A DNA stretch of 64,000 nt from Nemertoderma westbladi (Eukaryota > Animalia > Xenacoelomorpha), in NCBI GenBank assembly GCA_032718475.1, contig JAUCBJ010009041.1, positions 1-64,000 on the forward strand. Reading direction: 5' to 3'. The first letter of the stretch is position 1. Every line of letters begins with the position of its first letter. The position numbers and the translations under genes were made by a program. Under the pieces are notes generated by a model that was not told the DNA's origin, ran no database searches, and saw only the letters and a list, made by a program, of their open reading frames with translations. This document shows positions 11,044-20,627 of this stretch, piece by piece.

Positions 11044-13707
11044 CTATTCATAAGTGATGAGATATTCTGGGTACATTTGATAGTTATAGAAAATAACATA
11101 AGTATTGGGATCCACCAGATCGTCTATTAAACAATCAAACAGCGACGCATCGGTTATCTTTGATATCGCCGATATATCGGCCGCTTCTATCTTAACATTG
11201 GGCCGACGTGAAGGCGGTTCCTCGTCCTCTCTCCCTGTCTCTAGCGGTTTCTTTATTACTTTCTGGGAGGGTTTACCTTTCGGTTGAACCTGGCCGCCTG
11301 ACTTGTTGGTTTTCTGACGATCGGCGCGTTTTAACGGCTCGGTTTTGTTAGCCAACCCCCATGGCGACTTCCTCGGAGTGGAGCCATCGTCGTCGCCTCG
11401 CCTCGCAGGAGTGGTGCTCCTATCCCGCGGGACCACGAGGAACGGACTCCGTTGCGCTCGACTCACATCGCCAACGTAGCAACGCGCGATCAGCACCCGA
11501 CACACGTACATGTGACCCGCGTAGAGATCAGCGTACGTGTCGCCGGCGTCGCGAGTAAATGAAACCCCGAGGGAATCCCCCTCCGCTCTCATATAGTTCT
11601 TCGACTCGTAAGCAGCTCGTAAACCCCAAGTATTGATCAATTCGCACATATCGCCGCGGGTCCAATGGAATAATATTTTCTCTCTGACAGCGCTCCCAGA
11701 TACAATCTTCTCTAGACGTTTCTTCGCGGCGTTGAATGCGTCCTTCAGCATTGGGTTCTCGATTCGCTCGATCTTCATCACCTGGTAGAAGTTGTCCCAC
11801 TCCGGGATGCTGTCCTTGAACTGTCGCTCAACCTGTCGGTACTCCTCGGACTGCTGTTGCAGACTGATGACACGGAAGTCCGGGTCGAACGCTTCCGGTA
11901 CTTCCAGGTCCCGGGGACCCCCGTCGCCTATCGCTTTTACTTCTCCTTGCCTCCCGGCTATCGCGCCACCCAGACCCTGAGCCCCATACACCGCCGCTGC
12001 GTCCTGCTGCCATTGGATGAACTCGGGGTCGTTTTCGGTCACTTCGATATTAAACCAAATCCTTTCCGGGACAACGTTGTTGAACTCGCCCATTACCTTG
12101 TGGAAACCCGCCTTTCGGGCAACCATAGGCAATCTATGGAACTCTAAAACAGGAGAAGTAGCATCAACAATCTCCCGTGTTTCTTCTTCAGCAATGACGT
12201 CATCAATTTTTCTGGTTATCACCTCTACATAATTCTTCTTACCGACGACAGCGTTGGGGCTTGGTACCTGGATGGACACCGCGTTGGGCAGATTATCTTC
12301 GAATATATTTTTATTTTTGTCGAACATGTCTGTAGATGCGATGTATGAGACAGGGGGTAGCGATGGGGGTGGGGGGTGTTGCAATGCAGTAGTCAGCGCA
12401 GTTCGTGTTCCCACCACGCAATGAGAGGTACTGGTGTTGGTTTTAAACAGTTCTATATTCCGCTGCAATAATGCATCGTACAATTTTACAGGTTCCAACG
12501 CCACTTCTAGGAAATTTTTCGTTTCTTCAAGTTCGCGTACTTGTTTGTCAACTACGAGGTCCAGATTGGTTTCTATCCTGTCATGGATTTCTTTGATGTG
12601 AGCTTGTATCTGATTGTACATGTCCTCTAATGTATCTTTTGTCTGCACAGCTGACTCCTTTAAAGTGGTAACTCTGTCCCCCAAACCCGAGATCTTTCGC
12701 TCCATCAAATTCATTCTCTTCATCACGCGACTTCGCAGGTGATTGACTTCAGTATTGTACCCTTGAATGAACTTGGGTATGATGGAGGACCACTTGTGTT
12801 CCGTCAACGAATCAGATGACTTCATGTGCAAAGGTTCACAAGAAGTGCACATGAGCACATCGCATGTGACGCACACTCGCACTATCTCTTTGTGATGCAA
12901 CGGGCACGTGTTCACCATCAGGTTATCCAAATTCGCAGCATCTTTATTTTCGATACGTTTAGCTTTATTATTCTTAACAGCCAACTCGATAACGTTGTGG
13001 CTCTGAAATACCTTCATAACCTTATGATGCGCGTGGCAGGTGTCGCACAACATAATGTCACAATCGCGACACAGGAATATGGCGGCTTTCGGGTGCGACT
13101 CACAGTTTCCGCAAACACGGCGGTAACCCTCAGAGTAATAGAAATGTACAACGTTGATAGCCAAGTAATTTAGAGGCAATTTTCCAACTTGTCCTTCCGG
13201 CAAAACGTAATTTTTATGGCATATTGGACAACTGGGAGTGGCGTCCACTTTTCCCACCAGCGTATCGATATGAGCGTTGACGCAAATTTCGCAGATGCTG
13301 TGCAAACACGGTAGCAAACGAGGTATGCGACTGGCTCCGTAAGTTTCCTTACACTCGGGACACACAATCAGAGGATCCTTCGTCTCATCTTTACGCAACT
13401 CAACATCCGATCTGTTAGACCGCACAGATCCCGGTTTGCTGTCCATATCTTCCCACCGTTCAGGGTCGACTTCCCCTGTTGCCTCTGAACCTTGTATCGA
13501 CCCTTTACGTGACCCGCCTCTTACAGACGTCCTACTTCCAGCTACACTACCCGCCCTACTTCCAGCTACACTACCCGCATTCGATTCGGATTTCTTATTC
13601 TCCACTCTCTTCCCATTACCATAATTTACGCCATTTCCAGAAACTTTATCATTGTTCATCAGATTGGCTGATTGTCTCCTACTCTCCTGTTTTTCAGTTT
13701 CGCTCAT
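11044..13707 (-). CDS. TRIM/RBCC E3-ligase-like protein with a C-terminal PARP (ART)-like domain, 887 aa, single coding exon
   Basis: RING (CPEC..LPCLHSICEIC..CPIC), B-box 1 (CGNC..CRDCDIMLCDTCHAHH..H), B-box 2 (CPLH..CVTCDVLMCTSC..H..H) and a coiled coil. C-terminus SEEYRQVERQF..KIERIENP..EKILFHWT..MYVCRVLI..FDCLIDD..YVIF..QMYPEYLITY resembles PARP7/12/14-type catalytic domains. Confidence 0.9.
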   Translation of the reverse strand: MSETEKQESRRQSANLMNNDKVSGNGVNYGNGKRVENKKSESNAGSVAGSRAGSVAGSRTSVRGGSRKGSIQGSEATGEVDPERWEDMDSKPGSVRSNRSDVELRKDETKDPLIVCPECKETYGASRIPRLLPCLHSICEICVNAHIDTLVGKVDATPSCPICHKNYVLPEGQVGKLPLNYLAINVVHFYYSEGYRRVCGNCESHPKAAIFLCRDCDIMLCDTCHAHHKVMKVFQSHNVIELAVKNNKAKRIENKDAANLDNLMVNTCPLHHKEIVRVCVTCDVLMCTSCEPLHMKSSDSLTEHKWSSIIPKFIQGYNTEVNHLRSRVMKRMNLMERKISGLGDRVTTLKESAVQTKDTLEDMYNQIQAHIKEIHDRIETNLDLVVDKQVRELEETKNFLEVALEPVKLYDALLQRNIELFKTNTSTSHCVVGTRTALTTALQHPPPPSLPPVSYIASTDMFDKNKNIFEDNLPNAVSIQVPSPNAVVGKKNYVEVITRKIDDVIAEEETREIVDATSPVLEFHRLPMVARKAGFHKVMGEFNNVVPERIWFNIEVTENDPEFIQWQQDAAAVYGAQGLGGAIAGRQGEVKAIGDGGPRDLEVPEAFDPDFRVISLQQQSEEYRQVERQFKDSIPEWDNFYQVMKIERIENPMLKDAFNAAKKRLEKIVSGSAVREKILFHWTRGDMCELINTWGLRAAYESKNYMRAEGDSLGVSFTRDAGDTYADLYAGHMYVCRVLIARCYVGDVSRAQRSPFLVVPRDRSTTPARRGDDDGSTPRKSPWGLANKTEPLKRADRQKTNKSGGQVQPKGKPSQKVIKKPLETGREDEEPPSRRPNVKIEAADISAISKITDASLFDCLIDDLVDPNTYVIFYNYQMYPEYLITYE

Positions 13708-15437
13708 TTTTAGTCCGTGTCTCTACAACAACTGGTAATTATTATATTTATAATTGGAATACAACTAGTATTAATTGAGTTAATTGAGTTAGCGGACATC
13801 TATATTAAGTAAAAAAACGAGAATTTCATGTCCTCTCAGGGGTCCGTAAAAAGGTAATAATATAACAGCCTATATAGTTAATTTAAACCAAGACCTTCAA
13901 TATAACAAACTTAAATATAATAAACCTGATATATAACAAAACCCAAGTTTACTATAATATAATACATATTTAATCATAATTGAGTTATATATATATATAT
14001 AAAGGGTTGTTATTCAATAATGATTATATTTTTGGCAGGAAACATAATGCATAAAATTATTTATGGTATATATATTTTGGCAGGTAGATGTTGCCAGGCA
14101 ACCTAACCCACCATACTGTAGGTTGATAGCGATAATATATATTTTAAATAAGTAATTTAATTATTGAATTTAATGTAAGTCATATGGTGGGTGACCTTTA
14201 AGGCGTACGGAAAGTGCAGATAATAATCAGCCTGTGTATGACCTTGTCCTATTGCAGCCGACTTGTGATAGGAAAAGAGGAGCCAATGACATTCCTTGAC
14301 GTCTCTGCTAAAAGACACTGATCTTGTCTTGATAATGCATATGAAATGTGGATGAATAACTTTTACATGTCTTTCATTGGAGGTAGAAAAGTGTGTTAGT
14401 TTTTAATAAATTTGATAACTCTTATCGATATTTCTTAAATACCGGTAGATAAATTGATAACAATTATAAAGCTTGTACAATCACAAGAAACACTAGTAAA
14501 TTAAATTCAAGCCATTTTGATATTAAAATATAAACTAATTACGAGATAAATATATAGTTGATAACATGATGTAAATAACAAATATCAGCTACTAACGGTA
14601 ACGTATTAGGTAACAGCAGACAGGTGATAAGTAAGGTTTAGTCCAGTATCGGATATCGGAAGGCGTTATCAGGGCGTAATTCAGAAAAACTTGAAAAAAA
14701 ACAATAAAAACAGAAAAGTAACAAAAACCGTTTTAAACAAATCGATTTTCGTATTCTTTCAACACGAAGTGTAAATGGTCTATCGACTAATAGCAACAAA
14801 TGACGTAAATAAAGGTGATTTCAGTCAGCAATATCCCATGTTTGTGGAGTTTACAAACACAGAACCATTACGAGAGCGGCGGCGCGTAGCTACAATAACG
14901 GCACTTCCACGGGACAAAGTATATTGTTATGTTATTTACATAAGGAGAAATTAGGTACGTGACTGAAGCAGCAGTGAAACGTAGGAATGGAACCAATAAG
15001 TTTTAGTTTTAGACAATAAACAACATCTGTAACCAAAAAGAACTAAATATAATTTAGTTAAACAATTGTGGTAATAAAACGTCTCTTATTCAATAAAAAT
15101 GTACGGCAGTGCCACGGGAAATAAAATGGAGAATAATATTTCTACTCGCTCCACATGTTTTTATAAATATCAACTATTTTAATATAAATATAAGTTGTAA
15201 TTTAAATCTATAAAAAGTTCGTAAAAATTGTATTTCTTACGCAATAAAAATAATTATTAAACAAAAATAACGGGTGGAAAAAAATAGTATTTATAATTTT
15301 ATATTTATATTAAAATATTTAAATATATTTTTATTAACAGATGTCGAGGCAACGTTATATGAAAGAGGATTTCTATATTTATTTTATAAAGGTAACAGTT
15401 TGTTTTCCTCTGTTCCGACTCCTGGTTAGTTCTGATG

Positions 15438-15890
15438 GCTGTAGTTTAGTAGCGGCAGCTACAACAGGTTCAACTGCTGTAGTTTAGTAGCGGCAGCTAC
15501 AACAGGTTCAACTGCTGTAGTTTAGTAGCGGCAGCTCCAACAGGTTCAACTGCTGTAGTTTAGTAGCGGCAGCTACAACAGGTTCAACTGCTGTAGTTTA
15601 GTAGCGGCAGCTACAACAGGTTCAACTGCTGTAGTTTAGTAGCGGCAGCTACAACAGGTTCAACTGCTGTAGTTTAGTAGCGGCAGCTACAACAGGTTCA
15701 ACTGCTGTAGTTTAGTAGCGGCAGCTACAACAGGTTCAACTGCTGTAGTTTAGTAGCGGCAGCTACAACAGGTTCAACAGCTGTAGTTTAGTAGCGGCAG
15801 CTACAACAGGTTCAACTGCTGTAGTTTAGTAGCGGCAGCTACAACAGGTTCAACTGCTGTAGTTTAGTAGCGGCAGCTACAACAGTTTCA
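15438..15890. repeat. 38-bp minisatellite, about 12 copies (probably in the HSF 3' UTR)
   Basis: Unit ctgtagtttagtagcggcagctacaacaggttcaactg. Confidence 0.97.
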
Positions 15891-15942
15891 ATCTGTTTCG
15901 ATTCTGTACTGACCTAGTCAGAGGATCTGTTGGGCTAATAAC
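15877..15942 (-). CDS. HSF: Candidate terminal coding exon of HSF (VISPTDPLTRSVQNRNRLKLL*)
   Basis: Acceptor ttgttgttttag|G; phase 0 matches donor GAG|gttagt at 17515. Alternatively the gene stops at 17497. Confidence 0.4.
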   Translation of the reverse strand, partial: VISPTDPLTRSVQNRNRLKLL

Positions 15943-16320
15943 CTAAAACAACAAAATATCAACTGCAGTGCTACTGAAACATTATCCAAATGGTGATAAG
16001 GAAAGTATAATATTAATACAGGAAAGTCTGACATGCGGTTGTTAATTAAAAACTTTCATCTCGTACCAAATTAGCGCAGTGGAGTTCGGGTTATCAATGT
16101 AAAGGCCGCTCGTTCGATTTTGTGTCAATTTTGTAAGTATTCGAAGCAAATGTATGGCGTAGGGGTAGGGATGTAGGCGTAGGGACATACTGAGAAATAG
16201 TATTGGAAATAAATTGGAAAATATGTCGCACTGGCGATTTGGCAGTGCAAAATTAATTCCATACAAATAAATATAATTATAAATGAATTGTTGTGGGGTG
16301 GGTGACGGCGAATTAAATGT

Positions 16321-16562
16321 ATGTTATAAGTACATTATGATAAAATGCTCTCCATAGAGAGAAATATCAACCGCCCCTATTGGGGCTCGAACCCGGTACC
16401 AAGGTTTCAAACTCCCGGTTATCATCAGCAGAGTGTGTGTCCGAAGACCACTGAGCTACCAGGGCGGTAGGATATTTATTCGCTATGGAGTGGGCTATCA
16501 TATTTAGGCCTTTTTCAGTCACTCATAGGAAAGTACAACGTTATTATTCCCGTGCTCTGCCA
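16321..16562 (-). mobile_element. About 240-bp pol III/tRNA-like element with a hammerhead core, copy 1
   Basis: Near-identical reverse complement of 16702-16940. Confidence 0.75.
16391..16434 (-). ncRNA. Putative minimal type I hammerhead ribozyme, copy 1 (one stem I mismatch)
   Basis: Minus strand actctg-CTGATGA-taaccgggagttt-GAAAC-cttg-GTA-ccgggt. Confidence 0.5.
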
Positions 16563-16701
16563 GAAATTATTATAATAATTATATAATAATAATAATAATT
16601 ATTATTATTATTATTAATTAACAAGCATGGCCGGCATACGTGGTATCAGTGGTTTCTACAACACTGAATATAGTTATTCTTTGAGGCATGGTTGCCATTA
16701 T

Positions 16702-16940
16702 TGGCAGAGCACGGGAATAACGTTGTACTTTCCTAGGAGTGACTGAAAAAGGCCTAAATATGATAGCCCACCCCATAGCGAATAAATATCCTGCCGCCCT
16801 GGTAGCTCAGTGGTCTTCGGACACACACTCGGCTGATGATAACCGGGAGTTTGAAACCTAGGTACCGGGTTCGAGCCCCAATAGGGGCGGTTGATATTTA
16901 TCGCTATGGAGAGCATTTTATCATAATTGTACTATAACAT
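16702..16940 (+). mobile_element. About 240-bp pol III/tRNA-like element with a hammerhead core, copy 2
   Basis: A box TAGCTCAGTGG (16803-16813), B box GGTTCGAGCCC (16868-16878), closing stems gccgccc/gggcggt and ccatagcg.ataaatatc/gatatttatcgctatgg. Confidence 0.75.
16827..16870 (+). ncRNA. Putative minimal type I hammerhead ribozyme, copy 2
   Basis: Stem I actcgg/ccgggt (6 bp, one G-U); core CTGATGA 16833-16839; stem II aac/gtt with a U-U first pair; GAAA 16853-16856; palindromic stem III ACCTAGGT; GUA triplet, predicted cut after 16864. Confidence 0.62.
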
Positions 16941-17195
16941 ATTATAATAAATATAACCACTATCCCATTAAACCATTTTTAGCAGGTCGGAGCAACCCGC
17001 CCCCCCCCCCCCCCCCCTCACTCTAATTTTTTTCAAATTTCAATCAAATGCTACGAAATTTGTTATGAATGTAGTTTTTCTTATCTGCTGGCCTGGCTGG
17101 AATTTTCAATTTTAAAAGTATACAAACCGTTGAAAAATGCCTATTTAGCAATATTTAACAATCTCTGTTGACTTTATATTTATTCTTTGGAATGT

Positions 17196-17276
17196 AATTT
17201 TGGTAATATTTCCGAAAGTTTTCCAGATAATGATATTATCATTATCTGGAAAACTTTCGGAAATATTACCAAAATT
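17196..17276. repeat. Perfect 81-bp palindrome (40-bp arms, 1-nt centre)
   Basis: aattttggtaatatttccgaaagttttccagataatgata-t-tatcattatctggaaaactttcggaaatattaccaaaatt. Confidence 0.95.
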
Positions 17277-17514
17277 CAAAGGCATTTGGAGTTTTGACAC
17301 GTAAATCCATATAAATCTATTTTTTATGATAATATAGAGCGTAATGAAGAAACAAGATGCTTTTAAAAGTATCAAGATAGACAGACAGAGCAAACCAAAT
17401 AGTTGGGAGGGAGACTCCTAACGCAATCAAAATTAAACTCAAAGAAAATAATAACTATAACGCTACTGAAGTTATTCTAGTGGCCTATTACATTAGCTAT
17501 ATATATCCACTAAC

Positions 17515-18520
17515 CTCCACTAATGGGGTATCCAGTTGTTGTGTTCCTTCAATGTTGCTTTCATGGGAAAGAGGTTCTACAATAGAAGGCGATGTGAGTA
17601 TCATATCATATGGGACAGATGGGACAGTGGTATATGGGTCAGGGGGGACAGTGGCATATGGGACAGATGGGACAGTGGTATATGGGTCAGGGGGGACAGT
17701 GGCATATGGGACAGATGGGACAGTGGCATATGGGTCAGGGGGGACAGTGGCATATGGGACAGTGGCATATGGGACAGATGGGACAGTGGTATATGGGTCA
17801 GGGGGGACAGTGGCATATGGGACAGATGGGACAGTGGTATATGGGACAGATGGGACAGTGGCGTATGGGACAGATGGGACAGTGGTATACGGGTCAGGGG
17901 GGACAGTGGCAAGAGGGGCTGTGTTAAATGGGACAGTTGCCTGTGGAACAGTGACATATGGGACATAAGGGGCAGTGTTATGTGGGACAAGGGAGATGAC
18001 GTCATGAGGGATATTAAGGCGACCGTTCGCAGCTGATAATAAAGGGTCAACAGTATCGATGTTAAACCAGTCTGGATTGGCCATATCATTAGTTTTGGGG
18101 GGCGCAATTGGAACAGAGGTTGGTCCGGATGCGGCGACAGGCGGACACGTTGGGGGGCCAGATAAACCAGCCAATCGGATGTGAGGTTCGGTGTAAGCTA
18201 CCACATCCTTGCAGTAGGATGTAAACGAATTCACGTCGACGTTATTGGAGGAGAGCGGCTGGGCGGTGGATCCATCCGGGGTTCGGATCCTCCTATTGAT
18301 GGAGAGCGGCTGGGCGGTGGATCCATCCTGGGTTCGGATCCTCCTATTGATGGAGAGCGGCTGGGCGGTGGATCCATCCTGGGTTCGGATCCTCCTATTG
18401 ATGGAGAGCGGCTGGGCGGTGGATCCATCCTGGGTTCGGATCCTCCTATTGGTGGAGAGCGGCTGGGCGGTGGATCCATACGGGGTTCGGATCCTCCACT
18501 TGGATCCAGGTACATCGGAA
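17515..18520 (-). CDS. HSF: Large Pro/Thr/Ser-rich exon of HSF containing two in-frame tandem repeats
   Basis: Acceptor ttgttttgtttcag|T (phase 2); frame open for over 1 kb; donor GAG|gttagt, or read-through to a stop at 17497. Confidence 0.65.
17608..17965. repeat. In-frame 24-bp (occasionally 15-bp) coding repeat, PY(A/T)TVP(SV/PD)
   Basis: Alternating tatgggacagatgggacagtgg.. and tatgggtcaggggggacagtgg.. units. Confidence 0.9.
18250..18497. repeat. In-frame 51-bp coding repeat, about 5 copies (RRIRTQDGSTAQPLSIN)
   Basis: Unit ggagagcggctgggcggtggatccatcctgggttcggatcctcctattgat. Confidence 0.93.
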
Positions 18521-19208
18521 CTGAAACAAAACAAACAATAATAATATTATATTATTAGACTTAATCAAATTTACCAGTTAAGTCAATCAGATTTAGTGTT
18601 CCATATGAGTGAATAGTGGAACTCATTCTATTATTAATTGTTCTTATATGGCCAAGTATTGTTTTAGGCGAATGGTGGTTTTATATCATTAGATTCGATT
18701 TTTATGCTAATTTCGAATCGGACATCAGAATATGGGTCAATGCCAACCATATTGACCAAGTCACGTACGGGACAAAAAATATACAAAAATGTAAATCATT
18801 GAGAATGAATGGTCGGGTGGCTTTGATAATTAGATTTCCGAATACACTATAATCGGTCTCCTCCTGCTGTGATACACTCCAACCACAGTTTGTTATAGAA
18901 AAAGATACTTAGAATTAATAAAAAAATAGTCACTTACGGGACATTTTTCAAATTTGGTTAATGTGATTAAAGATTACGGGCTCATTTTGACTATTAAAAT
19001 TACAATTTGGAAATTTTTGGTGGTTCATATGAATCAATTGCGTGAGCGAGTCCAAAATGGTCCAAAAAAGTGTCCCATACTTAACGGAGGTTTTCTATCA
19101 GAAAACGCGAACTCATAAAGATATAGATCACCACATCTATTTCTCAGATAGTTTTGCCATAACTATCAGTTTTGCCATAACTGCCAGTTTTGCTTTAATC
19201 TTTAGGTT

Positions 19209-19485
19209 CCACCTTGGTGTAGTGGTTGCATTGAATTCACATCTCCTGTAGGTCGTGGGTTCGATCCTCACATGGGCCAGGGCAGTTTTCGTTTCGGCAC
19301 GAATGCTTTAATGGGACCAGCCAGGGCGCATCTCTGCCTTGCATCCTTAAGTGGTAGCTAAATGAGTACTAGAGTTTCCTCTGGGGAGTAAAGTTCTGGG
19401 GGGACCGCACGGGGGGGGCAGACTTTGTGCGTAATCCCTGGCCTAGTGGCCGAAGAAAATTTACTTTTTTACTTTACTTTTTTTT
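19209..19485 (+). mobile_element. tRNA-derived SINE with a Nin/Deu-like core and simple-repeat tail
   Basis: A box tggtgtagtgg, B box ggttcgatcc, core ccttgcatccttaagtggtagctaaatgagtac, tail tttactttttactttactttt. Confidence 0.8.
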
Positions 19486-19672
19486 GCCATGTATGGGTTG
19501 TATCGGTGAGACTGTTACGTAAACATTTATTTGGCCAGGTTGAAAAAACTGCCATGTCCCATAACGTGACGCCCTGTCCCATACTTGACATTGTGTTGGG
19601 GGCAGAAGTTAATCAGGGTCTAACTTACATTTAATTAATGGTTGGGGGGGGGGGGGGGGGGGGGGGGCTTAC

Positions 19673-19855
19673 CAGTCACAGATAAACTGTAACCTGCTCC
19701 TTCCACTTAATTGACAACAACTATTTGTGGAAAGGGTTTTGAGATTGGGACAGTAGTTGAGATTGGGACAGTAGTTGAGAGTTGGATGTAAGTTGGGAAT
19801 GGAACAGGAGTTGGCAGTGGGAAGGACGATAAACTGGCTTGAATTAAACTTACTT
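19673..19855 (-). CDS. HSF: Candidate symmetric (phase 2-2) 183-bp exon of HSF
   Basis: ctcctccgtactag|A ... CTG|gtaagc; open in the frame required by both neighbouring exons; skipping would preserve frame. Confidence 0.45.
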
Positions 19856-20627
19856 CTAGTACGGAGGAGTTGTTTGAAGAATTTTATGATTTGTTTTTAA
19901 TTGGAAAATAAATGTCAAAATTTATAATAATCGTTTCCATGTAAATTCCTTCCCATACCCTATCAATAAGTCACATTACATGACATCAAAAACTGACTAT
20001 TTACATTTTCAAATTAATTTTTTGATATAAAATAACGATTTTCAGTTGACCAAATGCAACAGTTTTGTGTATCACATTGTTATTAACAGGACAAAAAATA
20101 TTTAGCCCCACTTTTCACTGCCAAGTTTATCACAAAGTGAAACTTTATGTTGTCACTGGAAGAAAAATGTCTTATCCGTGACATAATTTTTAATTTGTTA
20201 CTTCATATTTACAAGAATATGGACAGAAAGTACGAAAAAAATACTTTTACATTTCCCATCCGTGACAAAAAAATGTTTTAAATTTTTTCATTCCAGAACG
20301 TTTCTCCCAATAAAAGCCAATAAATTTTTGGGACACTTTCTGGTTTCATATGCAGAAATTATCGCTCTTTCTAACCATCAATATGGCGGATTCTCAAAGT
20401 TAATTTCAAAATTCAATAAATTTCAAAAATCACATACGGGACATTGGTCAATAATATGGTTGGCATTGACCCATATATAGCCAAGTTGAGGTATAGGAAA
20501 ATCGATTTTGTAGACCAAGGTATACAATAATACTCCCCGAGGAATACAGAATGTTCAAGGCTAATATTAAATACGTATAATTTGTATTAGAAATAAATAA
20601 ATTAAATGAATGAACTATGTTGCTTAC

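Larger units (their letters stand above)
18734..20472. mobile_element. Candidate non-autonomous TIR DNA transposon (or two inverted fragments of one family)
   Basis: Left gggtcaatgccaaccatattgaccaa, right ttggtcaataatatggttggcattgaccc; atat flanks both ends (possible TSD). Confidence 0.55.

Noticed and set aside
16793-16892. Functional tRNA gene (including tRNA-Sec or an intron-containing tRNA)
   Set aside because: A and B boxes are present but the D stem has no 3' partner, the T stem pairs only partly and there is no anticodon arm
17480-18558. Plus-strand and alternative-frame ORFs (YGTDGTV, WDRWDSG, MGQ, DPPPSRSP repeats)
   Set aside because: Shadow frames of the repeats; only the minus frame 17497-18534 is open across the unique sequence and fits the splice phase
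19643-19667. Long G/C homopolymers here and near 17000 and 30585 as G-quadruplex regulators
   Set aside because: Simple homopolymers of uncertain length; no evidence of function from sequence alone
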